A stretch of DNA of 64,000 nt, from assembly GCA_041653595.1 (NCBI GenBank), contig JBAZFB010000002.1, positions 4,579 through 68,578 on the forward strand. Reading direction: 5' to 3'. A model generated the notes under the pieces. It searched no databases. It saw only the letters and a list, made by a program, of their open reading frames with translations, and was not told the origin of the DNA. Within the stretch, counting starts at the first letter, position 1, and the number at the start of each line of letters is the position of its first letter. Both the position numbers and the translations under genes were made by a program. The DNA comes from Candidatus Omnitrophota bacterium. GTDB taxonomy: Bacteria; Omnitrophota; Gorgyraeia; Pluralincolimonadales; Pluralincolimonadaceae. Positions 1 through 13,445 of this stretch are shown here, piece by piece.

Positions 1-2378
1 GTTCGCAGTTGTCGCAGTTCATGGACCAGACGAACCCGTTAGCCGAGATGACGCACAAGCGCCGCTTGAGCGCGCTCGGTCCAGGCGGCCTCTCGCGCGA
101 GAGGGCCGGTTTCGAGGTCCGCGACGTCCATCATTCGCATTACGGCCGTATCTGCCCTATAGAGACGCCTGAAGGCCCGAACATCGGACTCATAGCTTCT
201 TTATGCACTTACGCGCGCATTAACGAGTTTGGTTTCATAGAGACGCCTTACAGGAAAGCCGAAAAGGGCAGGGTCACGGAAAAGACCGATTATCTTTCTG
301 CTGACATCGAAGATAAATATATAATCGCCCAGGCGAACGCAAAGCTCGAGTCGTCGGGCCGTTTCGCGGAAGGCGATGTGCTTTGCAGACATAAGGGCGA
401 TTTCCCGCTCACGCCCAGGGAAAAAGTCGATTACATGGACGTGAGCCCGAGACAGCTCGTTTCTATCGCTGCCAGTCTTATACCGTTCCTCGAGCATGAT
501 GACGCGAACCGCGCTCTTATGGGTTCGAACATGCAGCGCCAGGCCGTGCCTCTCATGGTCACCGAGGCCCCGCTTATCGCGACGGGAATAGAATACAGGG
601 CCGCGAAAGACTCCGGCGCCGTGATAATAGCGGAAGAGGAAGGCGTCGTGAAATCGGTACAGGCCGATGAGATAACGATAGGCGATAAGACATACAGGCT
701 GCGCAAGTTCATGCGTTCCAACGCGAATACCTGCGTCAACCAGAGGCCGATAGTCAAGATCGGTCAGAAGATAAAGAAGGGCGAAGTCATAGCAGACGGC
801 CCCGGCACCTCGGAAGGCGAGCTTGCGCTGGGGAAGAACGTATTGGTCGCTTTCATGCCGTGGAGAGGTTATAATTTTGAAGACGCGATCATAATAAGCG
901 AAAAGCTGGTCAAGGAAGACCTTTATACTTCCCTGCATATAGAAGAATTCGACAGCGAGGCACGCGATACCCGTTTGGGCAATGAAGAGGTTACGCGCGA
1001 TATACCGAACGTGAGCGAAGACGCGCTCAAGAACCTCGATGAGCACGGTATCGTCAGGATCGGCGCCGAAGTCGAGCCCGGCGATATTTTGGTCGGAAAA
1101 GTCACGCCTAAGAGTGAGACCGAGCTTTCCCCCGAAGAGAAATTGCTCCGCGCCATATTCGGCGAGAAAGCCGGCGACGTCAGGGATACTTCCCTGACAG
1201 TCCCGCCCGGCGTAGAGGGTACGGTCGTCGAAGTCAAGGTCTTCAGCAGGAAGGGCGGAAAATCGAAGACCAAAGAAGAAGCGCAGAAAGAGATAAACGA
1301 GACCGATAAGATCAAGAAGGAATATAGCAGCCAGATAAACAACATACAGAAACAGAAGGCGCAGAAGCTCTCGAAGGTCCTGGTAGGCCAGAAGCTCGCC
1401 GCGAGCCTCGTCGATGACGAGACCGGCGAGACCCTCATCGCTAAAGACAAGACGATAAGGCAGACTGACCTCAAGAAACTCGAGAGATGCGACCTGGATA
1501 ATATAAAGCTTCCCGAGAACAAGGAAGCCGAGGAAGAGATAAAACGCATCATAAAGATACTCGACGACCAGATACACGAACTCGAGTATGAGGAAGAGCG
1601 CGAGATAGACAAGATAAAGAGGGGCGACGAGCTCCCGGCGGGCGTATTGAAGAAGGTCGTAGTAATGGTCGCCACAAAGAGGAAGATCCAGGTCGGCGAC
1701 AAGATGGCCGGTCGCCACGGGAATAAAGGTGTCGTCGCGAGGATAGTCCCGGAAGAGGATATGCCTTTCCTCCCGGACGGCACGGCCGTCGAGATAATAT
1801 TGAACCCGTTGGGCGTTCCTTCCCGTATGAACGTCGGGCAGATACTGGAGACGCACCTTGGCTGGGCCGCGAAAGTGCTGGGTTTTCATGTCGCTTCGCC
1901 GGTCTTCGACGGCGCCAGGGAGGAAGAGATAAAGAAGGAATTGAAAGCCGCCGGCTTGCCCGAGGACGGCCGCATAACCCTCTATGACGGTTTAATAGGC
2001 AAGGCTTTCGACCAGAAAGTAACGGTCGGCTACATATATATGCTGAAACTTATCCACCTTGTGGATGAGAAGATACACGCCCGCTCGATCGGCCCGTATT
2101 CCCTCGTTACCCAGCAGCCGCTCGGCGGCAAGGCGCAGTTCGGCGGACAGAGGTTCGGCGAGATGGAAGTCTGGGCGCTCGAGGCCTACGGCGCAGCTTT
2201 CACTTTGCAGGAATTATTGACGGTCAAATCTGACGATGTCGTGGGACGCACGAGGATATACGAGGCGATAGTGAAGGGCGAGAACGCGCTTCAGCCCGGC
2301 ACCCCCGAATCGTTTAATGTCTTGTTAAAAGAACTCCAGAGCCTGTGTCTTGACGTAAGGACGGAGAAGAAAAAATAA
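1..2378 (+). CDS. rpoB: DNA-directed RNA polymerase beta subunit, C-terminal ~790 aa; the 5' end lies outside the window and the reading frame begins at nt 3
   Basis: The translation contains [44 protein letters not shown] and the C-terminal [13 protein letters not shown] and [19 protein letters not shown] motifs. It runs directly into rpoC with an ATAATG overlap. Confidence 0.97.
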   Translation, partial: SQLSQFMDQTNPLAEMTHKRRLSALGPGGLSRERAGFEVRDVHHSHYGRICPIETPEGPNIGLIASLCTYARINEFGFIETPYRKAEKGRVTEKTDYLSADIEDKYIIAQANAKLESSGRFAEGDVLCRHKGDFPLTPREKVDYMDVSPRQLVSIAASLIPFLEHDDANRALMGSNMQRQAVPLMVTEAPLIATGIEYRAAKDSGAVIIAEEEGVVKSVQADEITIGDKTYRLRKFMRSNANTCVNQRPIVKIGQKIKKGEVIADGPGTSEGELALGKNVLVAFMPWRGYNFEDAIIISEKLVKEDLYTSLHIEEFDSEARDTRLGNEEVTRDIPNVSEDALKNLDEHGIVRIGAEVEPGDILVGKVTPKSETELSPEEKLLRAIFGEKAGDVRDTSLTVPPGVEGTVVEVKVFSRKGGKSKTKEEAQKEINETDKIKKEYSSQINNIQKQKAQKLSKVLVGQKLAASLVDDETGETLIAKDKTIRQTDLKKLERCDLDNIKLPENKEAEEEIKRIIKILDDQIHELEYEEEREIDKIKRGDELPAGVLKKVVVMVATKRKIQVGDKMAGRHGNKGVVARIVPEEDMPFLPDGTAVEIILNPLGVPSRMNVGQILETHLGWAAKVLGFHVASPVFDGAREEEIKKELKAAGLPEDGRITLYDGLIGKAFDQKVTVGYIYMLKLIHLVDEKIHARSIGPYSLVTQQPLGGKAQFGGQRFGEMEVWALEAYGAAFTLQELLTVKSDDVVGRTRIYEAIVKGENALQPGTPESFNVLLKELQSLCLDVRTEKKK

Positions 2379-5300
2379 TGTTAAAAGAAGATATTTTAGA
2401 AAAAGCCGGAAAGAAATCGAAGAAGGACGATATGTTCCTGAAGCCCCGCGATAAGTCGATGGAGGAACCCACTACCTTCGACGCGATAAGCATCAAGATC
2501 GCATCTAACGAGACTATCCGTTCCTGGTCGCGCGGCGAGGTCAAGAAACCCGAGACGATCAACTACAGGACGCTCAAGCCGGAAAAAGACGGCCTCTTCT
2601 GCGAGAAGATATTCGGCCCTACAAAGGACTGGGAGTGCAACTGCGGAAAATACAAGAGGATAAAATACAAGGGCATAGTCTGCGACAGGTGCGGCGTCGA
2701 GGTGACCCTCTCTAAGGTAAGGCGCGAGAGGATGGGCCATATCGAATTGGCCGCTCCGGTATCTCACATATGGTTCTTTAAGGCCATGCCCACCAGGATG
2801 GGCGCTCTCCTGGACATAAATTTAAGGGATCTCGAAAGGGTCCTCTATTACGAAGAATATATCGTCGTCGACCCGGGCGAATCTTCCCTCAAGAAGAAAC
2901 AACTCCTGACCGAAGAACAGTACCAGGAGGCGCTTGAGAAGTTCGGCCATAAGTTCGAAGCCAGGATGGGCGCAGAGGCGATAAGGGAGCTTATCAAAGA
3001 GATAGACCTTGATAAGATGGCTACAAAACTGCACGCCGACCTCAAGAAGGCCAAGGCCGAACAGGCCCAGAAGAAGATAGCCAAGGTCTTGAAGATAGTC
3101 GAGGCCTTCAGGAAATCCGGCAACAAGCCCGATTGGATGATAATAGATGTCATCCCGGTCCTGCCGCCTGACCTCCGTCCGCTGGTCCCGCTTGACGGCG
3201 GAAGGTTCGCGACGAGCGACCTAAACGACCTCTACAGGAGGGTCATAAACAGGAATAACCGTCTTAAGAAATTACTCGAGCTCAAAGCGCCCGAGATAAT
3301 CATAAGGAACGAGAAGAGGATGCTCCAGGAAGCTGTCGACGCGCTCTTCGATAACGGCCGCCACGGCAGGCCGGTCCTCGGTCCCGGGAACAGGCCGCTC
3401 AAGTCCTTGAGCGATATGCTTAAGGGCAAGCAGGGTCGTTTCCGCCAGAACCTCCTCGGCAAGCGCGTAGATTATTCGGGCCGTTCGGTCATCGTCGTAG
3501 GGCCTGAACTTAAGCTTAACCAGTGCGGCCTTCCGAAGAAGATGGCGCTCGAGCTCTTCGAGCCTTTCATCATAAGGAAGCTCAGGGAACAGGGTTTCGT
3601 CCATACGATAAAGAGCGCGAAAAAGATGGTAGAGAAGGCGCGCCTTGAGGTATGGGATATACTTGATGACGTCATCAAGGAACACCCGGTCATGCTGAAC
3701 CGCGCCCCGACGCTCCACAGGCTCGGCATCCAGGCATTCGAGCCGGTCCTTATAGAAGGTAAAGCCATAAGGATACATCCGCTGGTCTGCACCGCTTTCA
3801 ACGCCGATTTCGACGGCGACCAGATGGCCGTCCATGTGCCGCTTTCGATAGAGGCGCAGATGGAATGCAGGCTCCTCATGCTCTCTACGAATAATATATT
3901 CTCGCCGGCTAACGGCAACCCGATAACCACCCCGACGCAGGATATAGTCCTCGGCTGCTATTATTTGACGAAGGACAAAGACGGGGCTAAGGGCGAAGGC
4001 AAGGTCTTCAGCGACAAAGAGGAAGCCCTTATCGCTTTTGATGACGACCAGATAACGCTCCACTCGAAGATAAAGGTGAGGATAGACGGCAAGATCATCG
4101 ACACGACCGTAGGAAGGGTCATATTCAACAACGTCTTTCCCGAAGGTTTCCTGTTCGTCAACAGGCCGATGAGCAAATCCGAACTCGGCGGCGTTATATT
4201 GGATGTGCACAAGCAGTTCGGCCAGAAAAAGACCGTCGAGATACTGGATAAACTCAAAAAACTCGGCTTTGAATACGCCACTATAGCCGGCATATCAATA
4301 GCGATCGACGACCTCCATATACCGACAGAGAAAGATAAGTTTATCAAGGAAGCCCGCGAAGAAGTCCTCCATGTCGAGACCCAGTACAGGAAGGGTCTTA
4401 TAACCGACGGCGAAAGATATAACAATGTCATCGACATCTGGACAACTACGACGGACAAGATCTCGGACAAGATATTTGAAGAGCTTGATCAGTTCAATCC
4501 TATATTAATGATGGCCAACTCCGGCGCGCGCGGTTCGAAACAGCAGATCAGGCAGCTCGCCGGTATGAGAGGCCTCATGGCCAAACCTTCCGGCGAGATC
4601 ATTGAGAGCCCGATCACCGCGAATTTCCGCGAGGGCCTCACGGTGCTGGAATACTTCATCTCGACGCACGGCGCGAGGAAGGGTCTTGCTGATACCGCTT
4701 TGAAGACCGCCGACTCGGGTTACCTGACCCGCAGGCTCGTAGACGTCGCGCAGGATGTCATTATAGCCGGCGACGACTGCGGCACATTGAACGGTATTTT
4801 CGTCAGCGCCATCATCGAAGGCGATGAGGTGGTCGTGCCCCTGAAGGAAAGGATCATCGGCAGGGTAGCGCTGGATAATATAGTGGATATAATCACCGAC
4901 GAGGTCATAGTCTCGGCCGGCGACCAGATAACCGAAGAGGCCGGCGAACGCATCGAACAGGCGGGGATCGAGAGGATAAGGATAAGATCGGTCCTGACCT
5001 GCGAGGCTGACCACGGCTTGTGCGCCAAGTGTTACGGCCGCAACCTTGCGACAAACAGGATGGTAGAGTTAGGCGAGGCTATCGGCATAATCGCGGCGCA
5101 GTCTATCGGCGAACCCGGCACCCAGCTGACGATGAGGACTTTCCATATCGGCGGTACGGCGTACCGAGTCGTCGCGCAGTCTTTCATCAAGTCGAAGAAC
5201 AAGGGTATCGTCAAATACCACAATCTTAAGGTCGCGGAGAAGGAGAAGGGATTCGTGGTCCTGAACAGGAACGGGCAGATCTCCGTCAATGACGAGAACG

Positions 5301-6421
5301 GCCGCGAACTTGAGAGATACACGGTCCCGCACGGCTCGCTTTTAACGGTCGGGGAAGAAAAGAAGGTCTCGAAGGACGAGATATTCGTCAAATGGGATCC
5401 TTACACCGTCCCGATACTTACGGAAGTCTCAGGCAAGGTCCGTTATGAAGATATTAAAGACGGCCAGACGATCAGGGAAGAGGCCGACTCCGAAACAGGG
5501 CTTACCGAAAGGGTCGTCATCGAGCATAAGGGCGAATACCATCCGCAGATCGTCATACTCGATAATAAGGATGAAGTCCAGGCCCTTTATTCGATCCCGT
5601 CCGGCGCGCACATCGTCGTAAAGGACGGACAGAAGGTTGCGGGCGGCGACCTTATAGGAAAAACACCGCGTAAGACCATCAAGACAAAAGACATTACCGG
5701 TGGTCTCCCTCGCGTAGCCGAACTATTTGAGGCACGCAGGCCTAAAGACCCGGCTATCATAAGCGAGATCGACGGTGTCGTGGAATTCGGTCCCTCGAAG
5801 AAGGGACAGCGCCGCGTCGTCGTAAAGAATCCGCAGACTAATATGAAGAAGGAATATCTGATCCCGCACGGAAAGCACCTTAACGTGTACAAGGGTGACA
5901 AGGTCGTCGCGGGCCAGCAGCTTATAGACGGACCCGTAGTCCCGCAGGATATACTGCGCGTTTCGGGCGATAAGAAACTCCAGGAATACCTCGTGAACGA
6001 GATCCAGGAGGTTTACAGGTTCCAGGGAGTCAAGATAAACGACAAGCATATCGAGGTCATTGTCCGCCAGATGCTCAAGAAGGTCAGGATAGACGAGCAG
6101 GGCGACACCGATTTCCTCGTCGGTAGCCAGGTCGACAAGTTAAAGTTCCTCGAAGAGAACGAGCGCGTAAAGAAGAAGGGCGGCAAGCCTGCGAGCGCGA
6201 CACAGATGCTTCTCGGCATAACCAAGGCCGCGCTATCGACCGAAAGTTTCATCTCGGCGGCGAGCTTCCAGGAGACGACAAGGGTCCTTACCGACGCGGC
6301 CGCAAGCGGGAAGCGCGATGAGCTCAGGGGCTTGAAAGAGAATGTCATCATGGGCCATCTCATACCCGCGGGAACGGGTTTTGAGGCACACAGGAATATA
6401 GAAGTCGGAAAAAATCTGTAA
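2378..6421 (+). CDS. rpoC: DNA-directed RNA polymerase beta-prime subunit (1347 aa)
   Basis: It has the N-terminal zinc-binding Cys motifs (CNCGKYK.., CDRCGVEV) and the catalytic NADFDGD motif. It follows rpoB immediately. Confidence 0.97.
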   Translation: MLKEDILEKAGKKSKKDDMFLKPRDKSMEEPTTFDAISIKIASNETIRSWSRGEVKKPETINYRTLKPEKDGLFCEKIFGPTKDWECNCGKYKRIKYKGIVCDRCGVEVTLSKVRRERMGHIELAAPVSHIWFFKAMPTRMGALLDINLRDLERVLYYEEYIVVDPGESSLKKKQLLTEEQYQEALEKFGHKFEARMGAEAIRELIKEIDLDKMATKLHADLKKAKAEQAQKKIAKVLKIVEAFRKSGNKPDWMIIDVIPVLPPDLRPLVPLDGGRFATSDLNDLYRRVINRNNRLKKLLELKAPEIIIRNEKRMLQEAVDALFDNGRHGRPVLGPGNRPLKSLSDMLKGKQGRFRQNLLGKRVDYSGRSVIVVGPELKLNQCGLPKKMALELFEPFIIRKLREQGFVHTIKSAKKMVEKARLEVWDILDDVIKEHPVMLNRAPTLHRLGIQAFEPVLIEGKAIRIHPLVCTAFNADFDGDQMAVHVPLSIEAQMECRLLMLSTNNIFSPANGNPITTPTQDIVLGCYYLTKDKDGAKGEGKVFSDKEEALIAFDDDQITLHSKIKVRIDGKIIDTTVGRVIFNNVFPEGFLFVNRPMSKSELGGVILDVHKQFGQKKTVEILDKLKKLGFEYATIAGISIAIDDLHIPTEKDKFIKEAREEVLHVETQYRKGLITDGERYNNVIDIWTTTTDKISDKIFEELDQFNPILMMANSGARGSKQQIRQLAGMRGLMAKPSGEIIESPITANFREGLTVLEYFISTHGARKGLADTALKTADSGYLTRRLVDVAQDVIIAGDDCGTLNGIFVSAIIEGDEVVVPLKERIIGRVALDNIVDIITDEVIVSAGDQITEEAGERIEQAGIERIRIRSVLTCEADHGLCAKCYGRNLATNRMVELGEAIGIIAAQSIGEPGTQLTMRTFHIGGTAYRVVAQSFIKSKNKGIVKYHNLKVAEKEKGFVVLNRNGQISVNDENGRELERYTVPHGSLLTVGEEKKVSKDEIFVKWDPYTVPILTEVSGKVRYEDIKDGQTIREEADSETGLTERVVIEHKGEYHPQIVILDNKDEVQALYSIPSGAHIVVKDGQKVAGGDLIGKTPRKTIKTKDITGGLPRVAELFEARRPKDPAIISEIDGVVEFGPSKKGQRRVVVKNPQTNMKKEYLIPHGKHLNVYKGDKVVAGQQLIDGPVVPQDILRVSGDKKLQEYLVNEIQEVYRFQGVKINDKHIEVIVRQMLKKVRIDEQGDTDFLVGSQVDKLKFLEENERVKKKGGKPASATQMLLGITKAALSTESFISAASFQETTRVLTDAAASGKRDELRGLKENVIMGHLIPAGTGFEAHRNIEVGKNL

Positions 6422-6433
6422 TCAGGAGATTAA

Positions 6434-6805
6434 ATGCCAACGATATCGCAATTGATAAGGTACGGCAGGGAACAGAAAAAAAAGAGGACAAAATCCCCGG
6501 CGTTGAAGAAATGCCCGCAGAAACGCGGCGTATGCCTTCAGGTCAAGACGATGACGCCGAAGAAACCTAACTCGGCGTTAAGGAAGATCGCCAGGATAAG
6601 GCTGACTAACAGCGTAGAGGTCACGGGATATATCCCGGGTGAGGGCCATAACCTTCAGGAGCATTCTATCGTATTAGTCAGGGGCGGAAGAGTTAAAGAT
6701 TTGCCCGGAGTCAGATATCACATCGTCCGCGGGACATTGGATGCCGCGGGAGTAAACCAGAGGAAGAAGTCGCGCTCGAAATACGGCGCGAAGATGCCCA
6801 AGTAA
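6434..6805 (+). CDS. rpsL: 30S ribosomal protein S12
   Basis: It begins [11 protein letters not shown] and contains the [10 protein letters not shown] motif. It is 123 aa. Confidence 0.97.
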   Translation: MPTISQLIRYGREQKKKRTKSPALKKCPQKRGVCLQVKTMTPKKPNSALRKIARIRLTNSVEVTGYIPGEGHNLQEHSIVLVRGGRVKDLPGVRYHIVRGTLDAAGVNQRKKSRSKYGAKMPK

Positions 6806-6818
6806 GGTTAAATAAAAT

Positions 6819-7286
6819 ATGAGAAGACGTAAAGCCGAAGGAAGAGAGATTTTACCGGACCCGAAATTCAAGTCGAAGATCGTCTCCAAGTTCATGAATA
6901 TGATCATGGAGTGCGGGAAGAAATCGACCGCCGAACAGATCGTATACGGCGCATTTGAACAGGCGGCAAAGAAAGTCGGCAAAGAGCCGCTCGAGACTTT
7001 CCAGAAGGCGATCGATAACGCCAGGCCCCTGGTAGAGCTCAAATCCAGGAGAGTCGGCGGCGCGACATACCAGGTCCCGATCGAAGTGCGCCAGGACAGG
7101 GGAATCTCGCTCGCGATGAGGTGGATCAGGGATTTCGCAAGGAGCCGCAAAGGCAAGCCGATGGTCGATAAGCTGGCTGCCGAGATAATTGATGCTTATA
7201 ACAGCACGGGATCCGCGGTAAAGAAACGCGAGGATATCCATAAGATGGCAGAGGCGAACAAGGCCTTCAGCCACTTCAGATGGTAA
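6819..7286 (+). CDS. rpsG: 30S ribosomal protein S7
   Basis: Its sequence is S7-like, 155 aa, and it sits in the rpsL-rpsG-fusA order. Confidence 0.95.
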   Translation: MRRRKAEGREILPDPKFKSKIVSKFMNMIMECGKKSTAEQIVYGAFEQAAKKVGKEPLETFQKAIDNARPLVELKSRRVGGATYQVPIEVRQDRGISLAMRWIRDFARSRKGKPMVDKLAAEIIDAYNSTGSAVKKREDIHKMAEANKAFSHFRW

Positions 7287-7298
7287 AAATGGACGACG

Positions 7299-9416
7299 AT
7301 GGCTATAACAACACAGGTTGTACCAAATAGACAAAACATGGCTAGAGAATACTCTTTAGAGAATACAAGGAACATAGGCATCATAGCTCATATAGATGCC
7401 GGAAAAACGACCACGTCCGAAAGGGTGCTCTTCTATACGGGCCGTGTCCATAAGATCGGCAGCGTCGACGAAGGCACCGCTACGATGGACTGGATGGCCC
7501 AGGAGCAGGAACGCGGGATCACCATTACCTCGGCCAGCACGACGTGCTTCTGGAAAGATGTGCGAATAAACCTTATTGATACGCCGGGACATGTGGACTT
7601 CACGGTAGAAGTCGAGCGTTCGCTCAAGGTGTTGGACGGGGCTGTCGTCGTATTCTGCGCGGTCGGCGGTGTCGAGCCCCAGTCCGAGACGGTCTGGCGC
7701 CAGGCAGACAGGTACAAGGTCCCGAGGATCGCTTATATAAACAAGATGGACAGGACAGGAGCTGATTTCTTCGGGACGGTAAAACAGATGATAGAGAGAT
7801 TGGGCGCTGTGCCTGTTCCGATACAGATACCTTACGGCAGTGAAGAGAATTTCAAGGGCATAGTCGACCTTATCGAGATGAAAGCCCTTAAGTATGATGA
7901 CGTAAAAGGCGTGGAATTCGAGACACAGGATGTGCCGGCCGACCTCCTCTCGATGGCGAAGGAATACCGCGCGCATATGATAGAGAAGATAGCCGAAGTC
8001 GACGACCACCTCATGGAAAAATTCGTCCACGGTCAGGAGCCGACCATCGAAGAGATAAAGAAGGCGTTAAGGAAGGCCGTTATCAAGAGCGTCGTGGTCC
8101 CGGTCGTCTGCGGCAGTTCGTTCAGGAACAAAGGGGTCCAGCCGGTTTTGGACGCGGTATGCGATTACCTCCCGAGCCCGCTCGACGTGCCCTCCATGAA
8201 GGGATTAAATCCCGAGTCGGGACAGCACGAGGAGAGGACGGCATCGGATGACCAGCCGTTCTGCGCGCTGGCTTTTAAGATAATGTCAGACCCGTACGTC
8301 GGAAAGCTTACTTATTTCAGGGTATATTCCGGCGTGCTTGAGGCTGGTTCATATATCTATAATTCGAACAAGGACGTCAAGGAGCGCGTCGGCAAGATAG
8401 TGCGTATGCATGCCAACAAGCAGGAGATAGTCGAGCAGGTCTATTCCGGTGAGATCGCCGCGGCGGTCGGGTTAAAGGACACAAAGACCGGCGACACGAT
8501 CTGCGATGAGGAACATCCGATAACTCTCGAGTCGATGCATTTCCCCGAGCCTGTCGTTTCGCTCGCTATCGAGCCGGCGACCAAGGCCGACCAGGACAAA
8601 CTCGGTATGGTCTTGAATAAATTCATGGAAGAGGACCCCTCTTTCAGGGTCAATTATAACCAGGAGACCGGACAGACCATAATATCCGGTATGGGAGAAC
8701 TCCACCTTGAGATCATCGTCGATAGGATGATGAGGGAATTCAAGCTCGAGGCGAATGTCGGTAAACCGCAGGTCGCGTATAAGGAGACCGTGACGAAACC
8801 TTCGCACAGCGTCGGGAAGTTCATACACCAGTCCGGCGGCCGCGGCCAGTACGGCCATGTGGTTTTGGATATGGAGCCGGGCGAGCCGAATTCGGGCATT
8901 ACTTTTATAAACAAGATCGTCGGCGGATCTATCCCGAAGGAATATATACCCGCGGCAAAAGCCGGCGTATTGATGGCGGCCAAGAGCGGCGCTCTCGCGG
9001 GATATCCGGTAATAGATGTCAAGGTCACATTAGTCGACGGCTCGTATCATGAGGTCGACTCATCGGAAATGGCGTTCAAGACCGCCGGCTCCATGGGCTT
9101 TGTGGACGGCCTGAAACGCGGGGGACCGGTATTACTCGAGCCTATCATGGAGATAGAGGTCACTATACCCGATGAATTCATGGGCTCGGTCATAGGAGAC
9201 CTTAATTCACGCCGCGCAAAGATAGATTCCATCAACCAAAGGGCTAACGCGAAGGTCCTCGCAGGGACCGTCCCGCTGGCCGAGATGTTCGGATACGCAT
9301 CGGCCCTAAGGTCCTTGACACAGGGCCGTGGAACATATACAATGGAACCTTCGTGCTATACGGAAGTTCCGAGACAAATAGCGGAAAAAGTTATAGCTTC
9401 CGCGACGAAAGGCTAA
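7299..9416 (+). CDS. fusA: Elongation factor G. The true start may be the internal ATG at 7338 (MAREYSLE..).
   Basis: The G-domain motifs AHIDAGKTT and DTPGHVDF are present and the overall EF-G architecture is about 700 aa. Confidence 0.95.
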   Translation: MAITTQVVPNRQNMAREYSLENTRNIGIIAHIDAGKTTTSERVLFYTGRVHKIGSVDEGTATMDWMAQEQERGITITSASTTCFWKDVRINLIDTPGHVDFTVEVERSLKVLDGAVVVFCAVGGVEPQSETVWRQADRYKVPRIAYINKMDRTGADFFGTVKQMIERLGAVPVPIQIPYGSEENFKGIVDLIEMKALKYDDVKGVEFETQDVPADLLSMAKEYRAHMIEKIAEVDDHLMEKFVHGQEPTIEEIKKALRKAVIKSVVVPVVCGSSFRNKGVQPVLDAVCDYLPSPLDVPSMKGLNPESGQHEERTASDDQPFCALAFKIMSDPYVGKLTYFRVYSGVLEAGSYIYNSNKDVKERVGKIVRMHANKQEIVEQVYSGEIAAAVGLKDTKTGDTICDEEHPITLESMHFPEPVVSLAIEPATKADQDKLGMVLNKFMEEDPSFRVNYNQETGQTIISGMGELHLEIIVDRMMREFKLEANVGKPQVAYKETVTKPSHSVGKFIHQSGGRGQYGHVVLDMEPGEPNSGITFINKIVGGSIPKEYIPAAKAGVLMAAKSGALAGYPVIDVKVTLVDGSYHEVDSSEMAFKTAGSMGFVDGLKRGGPVLLEPIMEIEVTIPDEFMGSVIGDLNSRRAKIDSINQRANAKVLAGTVPLAEMFGYASALRSLTQGRGTYTMEPSCYTEVPRQIAEKVIASATKG

Positions 9417-9429
9417 AAGGAGGAATCCA

Positions 9430-10632
9430 ATGGCAAAGGAAAAATTTTTACGCAATAAGCCCCACGTTAACGTAGGCACAATAGGCCACGTAGACCACGG
9501 CAAGACGACATTGACCGCCGCCATTACCATGTGCTTGAACAAGAAGGGTATGGCCGAGGTAAGGGCCTATGATTCTATCGATAACGCGCCCGAAGAGAAA
9601 GAGCGCGGCATCACGATAAACATCGCCCACGTAGAATACCAGTCCGACAAGCGCCATTACGCCCACGTCGACTGCCCGGGCCATGCCGACTACATAAAGA
9701 ACATGATCACCGGCGCCGCCCAGATGGACGGAGCTATCCTTGTCGTATCGGCCCCTGACGGCCCGATGCCCCAGACAAGAGAGCATATACTCCTGGCCCG
9801 CCAGGTAGGCGTCCCCTATATAGTCGTATTCATGAACAAATGCGACGTAGTCGACGATAAAGAGCTCTTAGACTTAGTCGAGCTCGAAGTAAGAGAACTC
9901 CTCACCAAGTATGAATTCCCCGGGGATAAGACCCCGATAGTCCGCGGCTCGGCCCTAAACGCCATGAACTGCGCCTGCGGCAAAGACGACTGCCCCAACT
10001 GCAAACCCATCTTTGAACTGGTTAAAGCATTAGACACCTACATCCCCGAACCCAAACGCGAGACCGATAAACCCTTCCTGATGGCCATCGAAGACGTATT
10101 CTCCATCACAGGCCGCGGCACCGTCGGCACCGGACGCATCGAGCGCGGTGTCGTCAAGGTAAACGACGAGGTCGAGATCGTAGGTATGCGCAAGGATACG
10201 CGTAAGACAGTAGTAACCGGCATCGAGATGTTCCGCAAGCTCCTCGATGAGGGCATGGCAGGAGATAACGCAGGAGTCCTCTTAAGGGGCATCGAGAAGA
10301 AAGACCTGGAGCGCGGCCAGGTATTGGCCAAGCCGGGTTCTATCACCCCGCACACCAAGTTCAAGGCCCAGGTCTACATCCTGACCAAGGAAGAGGGCGG
10401 CAGGCACACGCCGTTCTTTACCGGATACAGGCCCCAGTTCTACTTTAGGACCACAGATGTCACCGGCGTTTCCACATTGCCCGCGGGTGTCGAGATGGTC
10501 ATGCCCGGAGATAACGTATCATTCGAAGTCGAACTCATAATCCCCGTAGCCTTAGAGAAGGGCTTGCGCTTCGCCATACGCGAAGGCGGCCACACCGTAG
10601 GCGCGGGAGCGGTATCAGAGGTTATAGCGTAA
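9430..10632 (+). CDS. tuf: Elongation factor Tu. It carries an unusual Cys4 knuckle ([11 protein letters not shown]) in domain I.
   Basis: The motifs [15 protein letters not shown] and NKCD are present and an AAGGAGG RBS lies upstream. It is 400 aa. Confidence 0.97.
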   Translation: MAKEKFLRNKPHVNVGTIGHVDHGKTTLTAAITMCLNKKGMAEVRAYDSIDNAPEEKERGITINIAHVEYQSDKRHYAHVDCPGHADYIKNMITGAAQMDGAILVVSAPDGPMPQTREHILLARQVGVPYIVVFMNKCDVVDDKELLDLVELEVRELLTKYEFPGDKTPIVRGSALNAMNCACGKDDCPNCKPIFELVKALDTYIPEPKRETDKPFLMAIEDVFSITGRGTVGTGRIERGVVKVNDEVEIVGMRKDTRKTVVTGIEMFRKLLDEGMAGDNAGVLLRGIEKKDLERGQVLAKPGSITPHTKFKAQVYILTKEEGGRHTPFFTGYRPQFYFRTTDVTGVSTLPAGVEMVMPGDNVSFEVELIIPVALEKGLRFAIREGGHTVGAGAVSEVIA

Positions 10633-10634
10633 AT

Positions 10635-10952
10635 ATGACTACCACAGTCCAGAAAGCCAGGATCAGGATAAAACTTAGGGCATACGACCACAGGGTCCTC
10701 GACCAATCCGCGGCCGAGATAGTGGAGACCGCGAAGAGGACCGGAGCGAAGGTCCTGGGACCGATACCCCTTCCGACGGATAAGGAAGTATATACGGTCC
10801 TGCGCTCGCCGCATATCGACAAGAAATCGCGCGAACAATTCCAGCTCAAGACGCACAAGCGCGTTTTGGATATCGTCGAGCCTACATCGAAGACGATCGA
10901 TGCCTTGAAAAAACTCGATCTTCCGGCCGGTGTGGACGTGGAAATAAAGTAA
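10635..10952 (+). CDS. rpsJ: 30S ribosomal protein S10
   Basis: It contains RIRIKL.A.D and is 105 aa. It is the first gene of the S10 operon. Confidence 0.95.
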   Translation: MTTTVQKARIRIKLRAYDHRVLDQSAAEIVETAKRTGAKVLGPIPLPTDKEVYTVLRSPHIDKKSREQFQLKTHKRVLDIVEPTSKTIDALKKLDLPAGVDVEIK

Positions 10953-10980
10953 ATGAACAAAAGGATCAGGTAACCGTAAA

Positions 10981-11700
10981 ATGCCAGTAGGAATATTAGG
11001 AAAAAAAATAGGAATGAGCCAGGTCTTCAGGGATGACGGGAGGGTCATACCCGTCACCGTGATCGAGGCCGGCCCTTGCAATGTTCTGCAGATAAAGACA
11101 AAGGTCAAAGACGGATATGACGCCATCCAGATCGGCTTTGGCGAAAAGAAAGAAAAGAACGTAAGCAAGCCTGACATGGGAAAATTCAAGAAGACAAAAG
11201 TGACCCCTAAAAGGTACGTCAGGGAGATCAGGATTTCAGCCGACCAGAAGTTCGAGCTCGGCCAGCAGGTAAAGGTCGATGTTTTCGCCGCGGGCGATGC
11301 CGTAGATGTCATTGGCACCTCCATAGGTAAAGGGTTCCAGGGCGGCATGAAGAGATGGCACTGGAGGGGCGGAAAGAAGACGCATGGTTCCACATCGCAC
11401 CGCAGGGTCGGTTCAATAGGTTCATCTACTACCCCCGGTAGGGTTATAAGGGGTCATCATATGCCCGGGAGAATGGGCGGCGATACTGTGACCGTCCAGA
11501 ACCTCGAGGTGGTAAAGATAGATACGGAGAATAACCTCCTTGTAGTGGAAGGCGCTGTCCCCGGGCCTGCTAACAGCCTTTTGGTCATAAAGAAGGCGTT
11601 GAAACGCGCCAAGGCCAAGATCCCGCAGCTGGTACTCACCATGGAGAAGAAAGACAAGAAGAAGGAAGCGGCCCCAAAGAAAGAGGCTAAGAAGAAATAA
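10981..11700 (+). CDS. rplC: 50S ribosomal protein L3, with a Lys-rich C-terminal tail
   Basis: L3 homology and synteny support the call. The C-terminal tail reads [17 protein letters not shown]. Confidence 0.93.
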   Translation: MPVGILGKKIGMSQVFRDDGRVIPVTVIEAGPCNVLQIKTKVKDGYDAIQIGFGEKKEKNVSKPDMGKFKKTKVTPKRYVREIRISADQKFELGQQVKVDVFAAGDAVDVIGTSIGKGFQGGMKRWHWRGGKKTHGSTSHRRVGSIGSSTTPGRVIRGHHMPGRMGGDTVTVQNLEVVKIDTENNLLVVEGAVPGPANSLLVIKKALKRAKAKIPQLVLTMEKKDKKKEAAPKKEAKKK

Positions 11701-12329
11701 TGGCAGAAATAGAGATTTATAATATAAAAGGTAAATCGGTCGGAAAGATCGAACTCGATAAAGATATATTCAACGGCGAGGTCAACGAAGCGATACTTCA
11801 CCAGGTGATAAGGATGTATGAAGCCAACCAAAGGCAGGGCACCGCTTCCACGAAGACGCGTTCGGACGTTTCCGGCGGCGGCAAGAAACCTTGGAAGCAG
11901 AAGGGCACCGGCCGCGCCAGGGCAGGCACCATAAGGTCTCCTTTGTGGAGAGGCGGCGGTATAGTATTCGGCCCGCATCCGAGGGATTATTCCTACCAGG
12001 TGCCAAGGTCGGTTAAGAGGCTCGCGCTGATCTCGAGCCTTAACGCGAAATTAAACGACAAGAATATGATAGTTATTGATGAGATTAAGCTCGAGAAGGC
12101 GAAGACGAAAGAGATCGCCGCAGCACTGCGTAATTTAAAGGCCGAAAAGAAACCTTTGCTGGTGCTGGAAGAAAGAAATGAGACGGTGGTCAGGGCTTCC
12201 CGTAATATAGCCAACCTCCTGCTGAGGGATTACAAGTCGCTCAACGCGTACGAAGTGCTGAAACAGCAAAAGCTTGTTATGACCCAGAAGGCGCTTGCCG
12301 CCCTCACTAAAATACTGGTGAAACAATGA
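11700..12329 (+). CDS. rplD: 50S ribosomal protein L4
   Basis: L4 homology and synteny support the call. A TAATG stop-start overlap couples it to rplC. Confidence 0.93.
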   Translation: MAEIEIYNIKGKSVGKIELDKDIFNGEVNEAILHQVIRMYEANQRQGTASTKTRSDVSGGGKKPWKQKGTGRARAGTIRSPLWRGGGIVFGPHPRDYSYQVPRSVKRLALISSLNAKLNDKNMIVIDEIKLEKAKTKEIAAALRNLKAEKKPLLVLEERNETVVRASRNIANLLLRDYKSLNAYEVLKQQKLVMTQKALAALTKILVKQ

Positions 12330-12607
12330 TACGGAAATATAAGATATTGAAAGGATTGCTCCATTCGGAGAAGGGTTCGACGCTGCTGCCTTTTAATAAA
12401 TATGTTTTCGAAGTCTACAAGGACGCCAATAAGGCGGAGATAAAGAAAGCCATCGAGCTGGTATACAAAGTCAAGGTGAAAGACGTCAACACCATGATAA
12501 TGTCCGGCAAATGGCGCAGGGTAAGGTTCAAACCGGGCAAGACGCCCGATTGGAAGAAGGCGATAGTGACATTGCGCAAGGGCGACAAGATAGACGTGAC
12601 GACATAA
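12326..12607 (+). CDS. rplW: 50S ribosomal protein L23
   Basis: The product is 93 aa and sits in the conserved position. It overlaps rplD by 4 nt. Confidence 0.9.
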   Translation: MIRKYKILKGLLHSEKGSTLLPFNKYVFEVYKDANKAEIKKAIELVYKVKVKDVNTMIMSGKWRRVRFKPGKTPDWKKAIVTLRKGDKIDVTT

Positions 12608-12617
12608 GGTAAAGCAA

Positions 12618-13442
12618 ATGCTAAAGACATATAAACCATATACGAAATCGAGAAGGTGGATGACATCGTCGGATTTCTCGATGTTGACGAAGAAAGAGCC
12701 GGAGAAGAATCTTCTCCTTCCGAAGAGGAAGAAGGCCGGGCGCAATAACCACGGCCATGTGACCGTACGCCACCAGGGCGGCGGCCATAAGAGGATGATC
12801 AGGATTGTGGATTTTAAGCGTGACAAGGCCGGCGTACCTTCCAAGGTCATCGCGCTGGAGTACGATCCGAACAGGTCGGCTTTCCTCGCGCTGCTTGAAT
12901 ATGAGGGCGGGGAGCGCAGGTATATCATAGCCCCGGTTGACCTGAAGGTAGGAGATGCGGTGATGTCCGGACCCGATGCCGATATAAAACCCGGCAATGC
13001 GCTCCCTATAAAGAATATACCGGTAGGTACATTTATACATAATATCGAGCTGGCCAAAGGTATGGGCGCGAAGATCGTCCGTTCGGCGGGAACGAGCGCG
13101 CAGCTCATGGCGAAGGAAGGCGAGTACGCCAACATAAAACTGCCTTCGGGCGAGATACGTCTTATCCACCTGGACTGCTATGCGACGATCGGTCAGGTCG
13201 GCAACGTCGACCACGGAAAAATATCGATAGGAAAGGCCGGAAGGAAGAGATGGATGGGTATACGCCCGACGGTAAGAGGCGTTGCGATGAACCCGCACGA
13301 CCATCCGCACGGCGGCGGCGAAGGCAAGTCCGGGCAGGGTAACCCGCATCCGGTTTCACGTGAGGGTTTGCTTGCCAAGGGTTTTAGGACCAGGAAAAAG
13401 GGCAAGTATTCTGACAGATTGATAATTAAGCGGAGGAGATAA
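12618..13442 (+). CDS. rplB: 50S ribosomal protein L2
   Basis: The C-terminal motif [12 protein letters not shown] is present. It is 274 aa. Confidence 0.96.
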   Translation: MLKTYKPYTKSRRWMTSSDFSMLTKKEPEKNLLLPKRKKAGRNNHGHVTVRHQGGGHKRMIRIVDFKRDKAGVPSKVIALEYDPNRSAFLALLEYEGGERRYIIAPVDLKVGDAVMSGPDADIKPGNALPIKNIPVGTFIHNIELAKGMGAKIVRSAGTSAQLMAKEGEYANIKLPSGEIRLIHLDCYATIGQVGNVDHGKISIGKAGRKRWMGIRPTVRGVAMNPHDHPHGGGEGKSGQGNPHPVSREGLLAKGFRTRKKGKYSDRLIIKRRR

Positions 13443-13445
13443 TAG

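Noticed and set aside
1260-1660. A Lys/Glu-rich block in RpoB ([22 protein letters not shown]...[17 protein letters not shown]) that could be read as a lineage-specific insertion
   Set aside because: It aligns to the normal, variable, dispensable region of the beta subunit that precedes the [13 protein letters not shown] motif. E. coli has a comparable charged coiled segment there. It is not an insertion element.
201-1889. A 562-aa minus-strand ORF inside rpoB. The track has many similar long minus ORFs, for example 3272-4210, 10440-11393, 12230-13135, 16019-17035, 36881-37930, 40019-40765, 47544-48266 and 52948-54207.
   Set aside because: Each one lies fully within a strongly conserved plus-strand gene. 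They have no RBS, their composition is low-complexity, and they have no recognisable domains. They are antisense shadow ORFs, expected when GC sits mostly at third codon positions.
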